Below are positions 6,433 through 15,910 of a stretch of DNA of 15,910 nucleotides, in pieces (the first letter of the stretch is position 1; each line of letters starts with the position of its first letter). The notes under the pieces are model-generated. The model ran no database searches, was not told where the DNA came from, and saw nothing but the letters and a program-made list of their open reading frames with translations. The DNA is taken from contig JAYGFR010000081.1 of assembly GCA_046581755.1 (NCBI GenBank), forward strand, positions 1 to 15,910, written 5' to 3'. Source of the DNA: Nitrospinota bacterium. GTDB taxonomy: Bacteria; UBA8248. Position numbers and translations under genes: made by a program.

Positions 6433-8592
6433 ATGGCATCGAAACACGGCTACCGAATCGGCATAGACACGGGCGGCACATTCACCGATGTGGTATGCGT
6501 TCGCTCCGACACCGGAGAGGTTTTCACGACCAAAACGCCGACGACACCCACCGACTACAGCGAAGGGCTTATCGAGGGCATCCGAAAAATCATGTCGGAG
6601 GTAAAAATCCGGCCTCATCAGGTGATCGGCGTCTACCACGGTACGACGGTCGCCACCAACGCAATTCTGGAGCGAAGATTCGAAAATTTGGGGCTGGTCC
6701 TCACCAAGGGCTTTCGCCACTTGCTCGAACTCGGGCGTGCGTCCCAAATTGCCGGCAACCGGAACAGAGGCCATTTTGCGTCGGCCCTCTTGGAGCGGCC
6801 ACCGGAGGCGCTGGTTCCCCCGGAGCGGATTTGCGAGGCCGACGAGCGAGTTTCCGCCTCGGGCGATGTGCTGCGGCCCTTGAGCAAGGATGAAGCCGCC
6901 GAAAAAGCGCGGTGGTTCCGCGATCGGGGCATCGGAGCCGTCGGCATATGCCTCTTGCATTCCTACGCCAACCCGGTGCACGAGAAAATCCTATTGGACG
7001 CGTTCCACCGGGAATTTCCCGAATGCTTCGCCAGCATTTCGAGCGAGGTGATTCCAGAGCCGGGAGAGTACGAACGCGCCGTTACCACCCTCCTCGATGC
7101 TTCCATCAAACCGCGCATCAAAGCCTATCTGGAGAAAAGCTCGGGGCGTATCGAGGAATTCATCGGAGAGGTCCCTTTTCTCGTCATGAAGAGCAACGGG
7201 GGAGTCTCCACCGCTCGGGAGGTGGCGAAAAAACCGATCAGCACCGTCCTTTCGGGTCCGGCGGCGGGCGCCCTTTCGGCCGCTTATTTGGGAAAACTGT
7301 CCGGCCACCAGCGCCTCATCACCCTCGACGGAGGGGGAACCTCGACCGACATCGCGGTGATCGAAAACGGAGAGGTCAAGCGCGGCACGCGCCATCAGCT
7401 CGATGAGTTCACGCTCAGGCTGCCCATGTTGAATGTCGTAACAACCGGAACGGGAGGCGGCTCCATCGCCTGGCAGAGCCCGGAGGGAAGGCTCCACGTG
7501 GGGCCCCGCAGCGCGGGCGCCGATCCTGGGCCGGTTTGCTACGGACTCGGAGGAGAGGAACCCACCCTGACGGACGCCAACCTCGTTCTGGCGCGCAGCC
7601 CGCTCCATCTGGCCGGTGGCGAAGTTAAGCTTAAAAAGGCACTCGCCATGCGCGCCATGCGCCAACTCGCCCGCCCGTTTGGACTCGACCCGTTGGAGAT
7701 GGCCTCCGGCGTGGTCGAAATCGCCGCCTGGAACCAAGCACATGCCATCCGGCGCGCCACCGTCCAGCGGGGAATTTCTCCCCGCGACTACGCCCTGATG
7801 GCCTTCGGCGGATCGGGTCCACTCACGGCCGGCATCGTGGCCGATCTTCTGGGCATCGAGACGGTTATTGTCCCCCCTTTCGCGGGGATGACGAGCGCAT
7901 TCGGCCTGGAGGTGGTGGACATTGTGAATGACCACGGGGCCCCTCATTTCCAGAGCGAAGAGAAACCGGACACCGAATCGCTGGGCGACGCTTTCGAGAT
8001 CCTGGAACAAAAGGCGAATGAAGACCTCTTGATCGAGGGAATTCCCCTCCACCGCCGAGTGCTCCGGCGAACAGTCGATGTCCGCTACCAAGGAGAGGCC
8101 TACGAACTCGAAGTGGATTTCCCATCGGGCTACATCTCGCCCCGGTCCGTCGCCGAGGTGATAGAACGGTTCCATCTCCTGTACCGCCAGCGCTTTACCC
8201 ACAACTACAAGGACAAGCGGCCGGCAGAGATCGTCCATCTTCGCGTCACCGGTGTAGGCCTGACCAAGCCCCCCAATTTGCCTCTCCTCCCCGCCGGGGA
8301 CGAAAGCGCCGAGGATGCATATAAAGGTGCGCGGCTGGTCTGGTTCGCCGAAACCGGAGGTTTCCACGACACTCCCATTTACTACCGCGAGCGCCTAATG
8401 GATGGAAACCTGATCCCGGGCCCCGCGGTGGTGGAGAGTTTCGGGAGCACCTCCGTGATCCTCCCCAAACAGGAAGCCCGTGTGGATCGCTACGGCAATT
8501 TGGTCGTGCGCTTCCGGACGGAAATGGCCGAGCGCACTGCGCGGGCGGGTCGCGCGACCGGGCTGCATGGCGTGGGAGCCCATTTCGAATGA
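6433..8592 (+). CDS. Hydantoinase/oxoprolinase family A subunit (ATP-binding; HyuA-like), 719 aa
   Basis: Start trimmed to ATG 6433, after the EamA stop. IGIDTGGTFTD, HGTTVATNA, VMKSNGG, LSGPAAG, DGGGTSTD, GPRSAGADPGPVCYG, EPTLTDAN and AFGGSG. Confidence 0.93.
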   Translation: MASKHGYRIGIDTGGTFTDVVCVRSDTGEVFTTKTPTTPTDYSEGLIEGIRKIMSEVKIRPHQVIGVYHGTTVATNAILERRFENLGLVLTKGFRHLLELGRASQIAGNRNRGHFASALLERPPEALVPPERICEADERVSASGDVLRPLSKDEAAEKARWFRDRGIGAVGICLLHSYANPVHEKILLDAFHREFPECFASISSEVIPEPGEYERAVTTLLDASIKPRIKAYLEKSSGRIEEFIGEVPFLVMKSNGGVSTAREVAKKPISTVLSGPAAGALSAAYLGKLSGHQRLITLDGGGTSTDIAVIENGEVKRGTRHQLDEFTLRLPMLNVVTTGTGGGSIAWQSPEGRLHVGPRSAGADPGPVCYGLGGEEPTLTDANLVLARSPLHLAGGEVKLKKALAMRAMRQLARPFGLDPLEMASGVVEIAAWNQAHAIRRATVQRGISPRDYALMAFGGSGPLTAGIVADLLGIETVIVPPFAGMTSAFGLEVVDIVNDHGAPHFQSEEKPDTESLGDAFEILEQKANEDLLIEGIPLHRRVLRRTVDVRYQGEAYELEVDFPSGYISPRSVAEVIERFHLLYRQRFTHNYKDKRPAEIVHLRVTGVGLTKPPNLPLLPAGDESAEDAYKGARLVWFAETGGFHDTPIYYRERLMDGNLIPGPAVVESFGSTSVILPKQEARVDRYGNLVVRFRTEMAERTARAGRATGLHGVGAHFE

Positions 8593-10340
8593 ACGTGAAT
8601 CCTGTCGTCAGCGAAATCGTCTCGGGCGCCCTTCGCTCGCTTGAGGAAGAGGTCGAGGACCTTCTGGCCCGGATCTGGCGGAGCCCCGCCCTCCGGGACA
8701 CGCGGGATTTTTCGGTCTCGCTCTACGACCGCTTCGGAAGGGCGCTCACGGGAAGGGTTCTCGGCGCAGGGCCGGGCCCCATCCTTGAAGCGTTCGGCCC
8801 TGCCGCCTTGGCCCCGGGCGATGTCTTTGTCCATAACGATCCTTACCTCCCCCCGGCAGGGCTGGGAGAGGTGGCCGAGGTGTGCCTAACCCAGCCCCTT
8901 TTCGTTGAGGATCGTCTGATTGCCTTCCTCCAGGTACGGGCACGGCACGATGACCTGGGCGGGTTGCTCCCGGGAGGGGGCGCGGCCGGCGCCTCGGAGA
9001 GCTATCACGAGGGCCTCCTCATCCCCCCGGTGCGAATTGCCCGCCGAGGCGAGCGGGTGGAGGACATCCAGACCCTTCTCCTTCGGAACAGTCGTTTCCC
9101 CGAAACTCTTCGGAGCGATTTCGATGCCCAAATCGGAGCGCTCCAGGTGGGCTCGCTCCGGATTCGCGAACTGATCGGGCGCTACGGCTCCGAGCAACTC
9201 ACGGCCTGCTTTGCCGACCTTTTGCGCGAATGCGAGGTTGCCTTTAAAGAAGAGCTTTTGCCGAAAATTCCCGAGAAAATGTACCAAGTCGAAACCCAGG
9301 TGGAAACGGACGGTTTCGGAGGCCCGCACCGACTGAGCGTGGCCCTATGGAGGGAGGGAGAGCGCCTGGTGGTGGATTTGAGCGGCGCCGGTCCCCAGGC
9401 CAAGGGACCCATCAATTGCCCCTTGGATGGGGAGGGGAAAATCTCCTTCGCCCGGCTGATTTCTCCCCTTCTCCTCCTTCTGGCCGACGATCCCGCGCGC
9501 ATGAGGGGAATCCTGGTGAACGACGGGGCCTGCCGGGCCATTGATATTCGCCTGCCTGGCCCGGCTACCCTGCTGACCCCCCAATTTCCGGCCCCCACCG
9601 GCCTCCGCGCCCTGACGATGGGCCGCCTTCTATCTGCCTTCTCGGAAGCCCTGTTTTCAGCGACGGGAGGAAATTTCCCGGCGGGATTCGAAAATATGCG
9701 GCTTTTAAGCCTTTGGGGCGGGGCGGATGGAGACACCTCTTTTTTGTTCCGCGAATCGCTCGGGGCCGGGAGCGGTGCAGCCCCTCACCTCGACGGCGTT
9801 CCGGCCGTACCCCCCATCGGGGGAAACGGCGGAATGCCCATCGAAGTGGTCGAGGCCCGCTATCCCATTCGTATCGAATCGGCCGGGCTGGTTCCGGACT
9901 CGGGTGGCGCCGGCGAGTACAGGGGCGGCTCCGGGGCCTTCCGGGAATACCGCTTGATGGCCGCTGGAACCGTATCGAGCGCCGCCGGTGCGGGCGCTTC
10001 TGGCCCATTCGGCGGAAACGGGGGTAGCCCCGGCGGAGCTTTCCGAATCACATTGGCCGGAATGTCAGGGAAACCCCGAAATATACCGCCCCTCACTGCG
10101 GCCCAGGCATTCGAGCCCGGCGATGTGATTCGGGTGGATACGCCTGGCGGCGGCGGATGGGGCTCCCCAGCGGGACGCGAGCCAGCGGCCGTCCGCCGGG
10201 ACGTGGTGCGCGGTCTCGTCTCCAGACAGGCGGCGAAAAATGTGTACGCCGTTTCCTTGGGCCATGCGCCGGATTACCCTCTGAACGAGGAGGAGACGGC
10301 TAATCTCCGCAAAAGAAAATATCGCCAGGAGAAGAAATAG
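8589..10340 (+). CDS. Hydantoinase B/oxoprolinase family subunit (HyuB-like), atypical at the metal-binding motifs
   Basis: 583 aa, ATGA overlap with the A subunit. PGDVFVHNDPY, DLGG..PG, EGLLIPPV, RNSRFP, DSGGAGEYRGG, TPGGGGWG and RDV.RGLVS. Confidence 0.9.
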   Translation: MNVNPVVSEIVSGALRSLEEEVEDLLARIWRSPALRDTRDFSVSLYDRFGRALTGRVLGAGPGPILEAFGPAALAPGDVFVHNDPYLPPAGLGEVAEVCLTQPLFVEDRLIAFLQVRARHDDLGGLLPGGGAAGASESYHEGLLIPPVRIARRGERVEDIQTLLLRNSRFPETLRSDFDAQIGALQVGSLRIRELIGRYGSEQLTACFADLLRECEVAFKEELLPKIPEKMYQVETQVETDGFGGPHRLSVALWREGERLVVDLSGAGPQAKGPINCPLDGEGKISFARLISPLLLLLADDPARMRGILVNDGACRAIDIRLPGPATLLTPQFPAPTGLRALTMGRLLSAFSEALFSATGGNFPAGFENMRLLSLWGGADGDTSFLFRESLGAGSGAAPHLDGVPAVPPIGGNGGMPIEVVEARYPIRIESAGLVPDSGGAGEYRGGSGAFREYRLMAAGTVSSAAGAGASGPFGGNGGSPGGAFRITLAGMSGKPRNIPPLTAAQAFEPGDVIRVDTPGGGGWGSPAGREPAAVRRDVVRGLVSRQAAKNVYAVSLGHAPDYPLNEEETANLRKRKYRQEKK

Positions 10341-10398
10341 AAAACCCTGCCCACGGCACGGCGCCCCAATTCCCTCGGGGGACCTATGGCCGCCTGTC

Positions 10399-10427
10399 TT
10401 GACGCTTTTATTAAGAGGGAGTATTCC
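10399..10427 (+). promoter_or_regulatory. Possible sigma70 promoter for the lipoprotein gene
   Basis: TTGACG (10399-10404), 17-nt spacer, TATTCC (10422-10427) in an AT-richer intergenic gap. The -10 is imperfect. Confidence 0.4.
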
Positions 10428-10491
10428 CATTTCTCATAGAGGTATTCGGTCTACATTCAACCTTCCTTGCCCTACCGGAGGCCACGGCATC

Positions 10492-11130
10492 GTGTACAGG
10501 AAATATTCGGCACCGTTTTTTTTCTGCTCTCTCTTGATCCTATGGGGGTGCGGGGCCGGAATCGTTAAAAAGGTGCCCCTCTCCCTCCGATACATCCCCT
10601 CGAAGCGGGCCGAATTCCGCGCCATGCCGGAGATCAAATCCATCGGACTCGGAATATTCAAGGATGCCCGGTCCGGGAGGCCCTCGGGCGTGGTGGGCGA
10701 GCGGATGCACATGAACAGCGATATCGACCGATTTTTACCGAAAATGGGCGTCTCCGCCGCAGTCTCCAATATCGTCCGCGGCTATTTCATCAAGCGAAAT
10801 ATCCGAACCCTGAAATCAAAATGGGACGGGAATGAAAACACCGTGCGGGGGAATCCGGGCGATCTGCTTATTTCGGCCCGGATCCTGGGGCTATGGTTTT
10901 CGGCCCGCGATTCGTTCACCATGGCCAAGGCATCGAGCATCTTTCGCCTCGAGTTGAAAGTGGGCTCCCCGACAAGCGGACACGTCATCACCAAAACCAT
11001 CCAGCTCGAGCCCACGATGAGAAGAAATATTTTCTGGGAACCCGGCGACGTAGAAAATTGGCTCAGCCATACCATTTCGGAGGCGCTCGATCGAATTCTG
11101 CCCGATCTTCAACGGCGGCTTGCCGGATGA
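10492..11130 (+). CDS. Putative lipoprotein of unknown function (212 aa)
   Basis: GTG at 10492 after GGAGG (10477-10481). MYRKYSAPFFFCSLLILWGC gives a basic N-region, a hydrophobic stretch and a lipobox-like LWGC. Confidence 0.75.
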   Translation: MYRKYSAPFFFCSLLILWGCGAGIVKKVPLSLRYIPSKRAEFRAMPEIKSIGLGIFKDARSGRPSGVVGERMHMNSDIDRFLPKMGVSAAVSNIVRGYFIKRNIRTLKSKWDGNENTVRGNPGDLLISARILGLWFSARDSFTMAKASSIFRLELKVGSPTSGHVITKTIQLEPTMRRNIFWEPGDVENWLSHTISEALDRILPDLQRRLAG

Positions 11131-11287
11131 CCGCCTGTTGGCCACCGTACGACCCCAGGGAGGGCGGCCAAGAATGGACGTCTTGATGGTTTCCGTGGAA
11201 TTCGGATTCCTTTCGGCCCTTCCTTAAATTCAAAACGAATGCGTAGCCATCCTGCAGAGCGATTCGATTTTATCTGATCGTAAATAA

Positions 11288-12313
<1,026 letters not shown>

Positions 12314-12354
12314 ACACCTCAAAGGGTCGAGCCACCTCGGGGGACGGGAGAAAC

Positions 12355-13578
12355 ATGAGCAACCTCATGAGTGCCATCGAGCACGGAACGTCGAAGCTCG
12401 GAATCGAGGACATCGAAGTATCGGGCAAGCGCGTTTTTCTGAGGGTGGACTTCAACGTCCCTCTCGACGATCAAAGCAATCTCACCGACGACACGCGCAT
12501 CCGCTCCGTACTCCCGACCATCAACTACCTCCTCGATGAAAACGCGCGCGTTATCATCGGCGCCCATCTCGGACGGCCAAATGGAAAGGCGAACCCAAAG
12601 TTTTCTCTCGCCCCGGCGGCGAGGCGCCTGACCCGCTTGTTGGACAAAGAGTGCCCCCTCGCCCCCGATTGCGTCGGCCCCGAGGTAAAAACCCAGGTCG
12701 ATGCCATGAAGCCAGGAGAGATTCTCCTCCTCGAAAACCTGCGGTTTCATGAGGGGGAGGGAGCAAACTCGGATACATTCGCCAAGGAACTGGCCTCGCT
12801 TGCCGATATATACATCAGCGATGCTTTCGGGAACTCTCACCGCGAACATGCCTCCATGTCGGCCATCACGAAGTATCTCCAACCTGCCGTGGCCGGGTTC
12901 TTGATGTTGAAGGAGGTGAACTATCTAACGCGCGCAGTGAACAACCCGATGCGGCCCGTCGTGGCGATTCTAGGGGGAGCCAAGGCCAGCACGAAAATCG
13001 GGATCATCGAACGCCTGCTGGGGAAAATGGACAAAATCATCATCGGCGGTGGAATGGCGGGAACCTTCCACGCGGCCCTGGGCTTCGAGATGGGCAACAG
13101 CCTCGTTGAGAACCACATGCTGGAGACGGCCTCTTCCATCATGCAAAAGGCCAAGGAGCTGGGCGTTCATTTTTATTTGCCCTGCGATTATGTCGTTGCC
13201 GATAAATTCGAGGCCTCGGCCGAAACCAAGGTCGTTCCCGCCCAGGAAGTTCCCAAGGAGTGGTACGCCCTCGACATCGGACCGGCCAGCACCACCCTCT
13301 TCGCCGAAGCGCTCCAGGATGCCAAAACCATCATTTGGAACGGACCGATGGGAGTATTCGAGGTGGACGCTTTTAGCCGCGGAACGTATGCGATGGTCAG
13401 CCATGTGGCGAACTCTTTCGCTCTCACCATCGTTGGCGGAGGCGATACGGACGTGGCCGTCTACGCTGCCGGCGAGTCGCGCCGAATTTCATACATCAGC
13501 ACGGGTGGCGGCGCCTTTCTCGAATTGCTCGAAGGCAAAGAGCTTCCCGGCTTGGCTTCCCTGACCGACAAGAAATAA
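12355..13578 (+). CDS. pgk: Phosphoglycerate kinase (407 aa)
   Basis: ATG 12355 after GGGAG. RVDFNVP, HLGRP, LLENLRFH, WNGPMGVFE, GGGDT and ISTGGGAFLELLEGKELPG. Confidence 0.97.
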   Translation: MSNLMSAIEHGTSKLGIEDIEVSGKRVFLRVDFNVPLDDQSNLTDDTRIRSVLPTINYLLDENARVIIGAHLGRPNGKANPKFSLAPAARRLTRLLDKECPLAPDCVGPEVKTQVDAMKPGEILLLENLRFHEGEGANSDTFAKELASLADIYISDAFGNSHREHASMSAITKYLQPAVAGFLMLKEVNYLTRAVNNPMRPVVAILGGAKASTKIGIIERLLGKMDKIIIGGGMAGTFHAALGFEMGNSLVENHMLETASSIMQKAKELGVHFYLPCDYVVADKFEASAETKVVPAQEVPKEWYALDIGPASTTLFAEALQDAKTIIWNGPMGVFEVDAFSRGTYAMVSHVANSFALTIVGGGDTDVAVYAAGESRRISYISTGGGAFLELLEGKELPGLASLTDKK

Positions 13579-13622
13579 CGTTTCACGCCCTTGGCCGCGA
13601 AACGGAATATATGAGGATTGCG

Positions 13623-14396
13623 ATGCGCCGGCCCCTGATTTCCGGGAACTGGAAAATGAACACACTGATCGGCGAGGCGCGTTCGCTCGCCAAAGAGGTC
13701 GCCGGCGGACTTGCGGAACTGGCTGGCGCCGCCGAGGAGGTGGATGTCCTACTCGGCCCGCCCTATCTCTCCCTGCCCACCGTGGCCGAAACGGTGGCCG
13801 GCTCTTCAATTGGAGTGGCGGGGCAGGACTGCTCGCCAGAGGAGGCGGGCGCCTTCACGGGCGAGGTGAGCGCCGCCATGCTCAAGGATGCCGGCGCGAC
13901 CCACGTGATTCTCGGCCACAGCGAGCGGCGCGAGCTTCTCGGCGAGGGGGATTCCCAGGTGGCCGCCAAGGCTGCCGCCGCCAGCGCATGCGGGCTGACA
14001 CCCATCATCTGCCTCGGCGAGCCGATTACCACACGCTCGGCGGGAGCCACTCTTGAGCGAATCAGCCACCAGATGGAGCTATCGATTTTCGCCGCCTTCA
14101 AGGACCCGCCTGGGGAAATCGTCATCGCCTATGAGCCCGTTTGGGCCATCGGGACCGGCGTGACCGCAACCCCCGAACAGGCCCAGGAGATCCACGCCTT
14201 TATCAGAAAACGGCTGGAAGAAACCTACGGGGTGGACTGGGCCGCAAAATCGCGTATCCTGTACGGAGGCAGCATGAAGCCGGGTAACGCTGCCGAACTT
14301 TTGGCCCAGCCGGACATCGACGGCGGGCTCATCGGAGGCGCAAGCCTGGCAGTAGACGAATTTTTGGAGATTATCCGAATCGCGCAGGCCGCATAG
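13623..14396 (+). CDS. tpiA: Triose-phosphate isomerase
   Basis: GNWKMN, GAFTGEVS, ILGHSERR, IAYEPVWAIGTG, YGGS and DGGLIGGASL. ATG 13623 is preferred because GAGGA lies just upstream; ATG 13611 is the alternative. Confidence 0.97.
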   Translation: MRRPLISGNWKMNTLIGEARSLAKEVAGGLAELAGAAEEVDVLLGPPYLSLPTVAETVAGSSIGVAGQDCSPEEAGAFTGEVSAAMLKDAGATHVILGHSERRELLGEGDSQVAAKAAAASACGLTPIICLGEPITTRSAGATLERISHQMELSIFAAFKDPPGEIVIAYEPVWAIGTGVTATPEQAQEIHAFIRKRLEETYGVDWAAKSRILYGGSMKPGNAAELLAQPDIDGGLIGGASLAVDEFLEIIRIAQAA

Positions 14397-14440
14397 GCCG
14401 TCCCCGCGCCGATTCCACGAAGGAGTTAAAGAGTAAAGAC

Positions 14441-14785
14441 ATGAGTATCTTCCTGACTATATTGCACGTCACCGTGGCGATTTCATTGATTCTATTTGTC
14501 CTCCTTCAGGCCGGAAAAGGCGCGGGCATCGGCGCCGCGTTCGGCGGGTCGAGCGACACCCTCTTCGGCGCCAGCGGCCCCGCGGGCATTTTGGGGAAGC
14601 TGACCACGGCGGCGGCCATCCTTTTCATGATGACCTCGCTGCTGCTTTCCTATGCCGGAGCGCAAAAACAAACCCGCTCGATTGCCATCGAAACCCCTGT
14701 CCGCTCAAAAACCAAAAGCAGATTGCCCGCCAAGCCCAGCGCCGCGCCGGCCAAGCCTCAGAAATCCGGGAAATCCGGCTCCTGA
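14441..14785 (+). CDS. secG: Preprotein translocase subunit SecG
   Basis: VLLQAGKGAGIGAAFGG, two TM segments, and the usual position after tpiA. AAGGAG upstream. Confidence 0.95.
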   Translation: MSIFLTILHVTVAISLILFVLLQAGKGAGIGAAFGGSSDTLFGASGPAGILGKLTTAAAILFMMTSLLLSYAGAQKQTRSIAIETPVRSKTKSRLPAKPSAAPAKPQKSGKSGS

Positions 14786-14815
14786 GCGACCGCTGCCGCC
14801 CAACGGGAGCCTCGG

Positions 14816-15910
14816 ATGAGCATCAAGCGGCTTCTGATCCTGCTTCCCCTCGCAGTGACCGTCCTGCTCTTACAGTCCTATTTCTGGGTCCCCACGTTCA
14901 GCGACCAGGTGAAGGGCAGCAAGCGCCGCCTCACCCAGTATATCTCGGGCTCCATTGGGGATGCCCAGATACTGAACCCCATCCTCCATTCCGACACCAC
15001 GAGCGGCGGCATCGTCGATTTGGTGTTCAACGGCCTCATCGATCGAGACAAGAACCTCAAGTTCAGGGGTCGGCTCGCCTTATCCTGGCGCATTTACGAG
15101 GAGGCCTACTTCATCCCGCGCCCCGGCGGGCTCCCGGCCTGGGTATTGGAAGAACGTATCCGGGCGGCGGTAGTGGCGGGGCGACTCCCCTGGACGGCCA
15201 ATGTCCGCGCGCTTGGAATCGCCCTTCCCGCTCAAGAGAAAATTTCTATATTTCTCCCCCCGGTCAAAAAAAAGGGCAAGCCCCGGCGCGAGCCGGTGAC
15301 CATCGCCTATCCCGCGCGCGTGAAAATTAGGCTGAAAAACGTGGACCAGGATTTTTTCAAAAAGCTGAAAAAACTCCTGGGCCCCGAAGCCTTCGCGGAG
15401 GACCCGGCCCCCTACCTGCCGCAGGGTCTCGGCGCGCGCGTCAAAAAAACCGCGCTCGGGCGGGTCAACCTCACCGAGCACAACCCCATCATCGTCTTCA
15501 ACCTCCGCCGGGGGGTGCGCTTCCACGACGGCCACGAGTTCGACTCGGGCGACGTGCGCTTCACCTATAAATCGATCATGAACCCGCAAAACCTTTCGCC
15601 CCGAGTCCCCGATTTCGAACCCATTAAAAGTGTGGAGACGCCTGCTCGCTTCACCGTCAAGGTGACCTACAAACGGCTCTACTCCCCCGCCTTTGGCACC
15701 TGGGGGATGGGGATTCTTCCCGAACACCTGCTCAACAAAAAGGCCCTCGCCAAAGAGGCCAAACGCCTTAAGCGCGACCCGAAAAAATTCACCATGCGAG
15801 ACAGCCGTTTTAACCGGAACCCGGTCGGCACCGGCTCCTTCAAGTTCAAGGAGTGGCAGTCGGACGAGCTCATCCGCCTCGTTCGGAACGAGGACTACTG
15901 GGAAGGCCCG
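14816..15910 (+). CDS. ABC transporter solute-binding protein, family 5 (peptide/nickel type); truncated by the window end and not in the ORF track
   Basis: Open frame from ATG 14816 (GGGAG RBS) to the edge: MSIKRLLILLPLAVTVLLLQSYFWVP...LNPIL.SD...VFNGLIDRD...RLALSW...FNLRRGVRFHDGHEFDSGDVRFTY...ILPEHLL...PVGTGSFKFKEW...RNEDYWEG. Confidence 0.93.
   Translation, partial: MSIKRLLILLPLAVTVLLLQSYFWVPTFSDQVKGSKRRLTQYISGSIGDAQILNPILHSDTTSGGIVDLVFNGLIDRDKNLKFRGRLALSWRIYEEAYFIPRPGGLPAWVLEERIRAAVVAGRLPWTANVRALGIALPAQEKISIFLPPVKKKGKPRREPVTIAYPARVKIRLKNVDQDFFKKLKKLLGPEAFAEDPAPYLPQGLGARVKKTALGRVNLTEHNPIIVFNLRRGVRFHDGHEFDSGDVRFTYKSIMNPQNLSPRVPDFEPIKSVETPARFTVKVTYKRLYSPAFGTWGMGILPEHLLNKKALAKEAKRLKRDPKKFTMRDSRFNRNPVGTGSFKFKEWQSDELIRLVRNEDYWEGP

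Noticed and set aside
14786..14815. tRNA-Leu often found after secG
   Set aside because: The gap is only 30 nt before the next ATG, with no cloverleaf.

Overview
GC-rich bacterial chromosomal window with no mobile element, CRISPR array or RNA gene that I can support. Left part, minus strand: a decayed MBL-fold hydrolase gene, then glucose-6-phosphate isomerase, a VOC/glyoxalase protein and an SDR. Middle: a decayed TAXI-TRAP solute-binding gene with its terminator, an AT-rich regulatory stretch, and a stand-alone 58-aa Lys-rich histone-H1/protamine-like gene that is missing from the ORF track but has its own RBS and terminator. Next come EamA and a hydantoinase/oxoprolinase A+B pair, in which the B subunit appears to lack the canonical His/Asp/His metal ligands. 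Right part: a lipoprotein, gap-pgk-tpiA-secG, and a family-5 ABC solute-binding protein that carries a large insertion and is cut by the window end. The best leads are the histone-like microprotein, the altered hydantoinase B active site, and a 2-kb patch of gene decay with garbled duplications of gene 3' ends. Family assignments come from motif recognition only; no searches were run.
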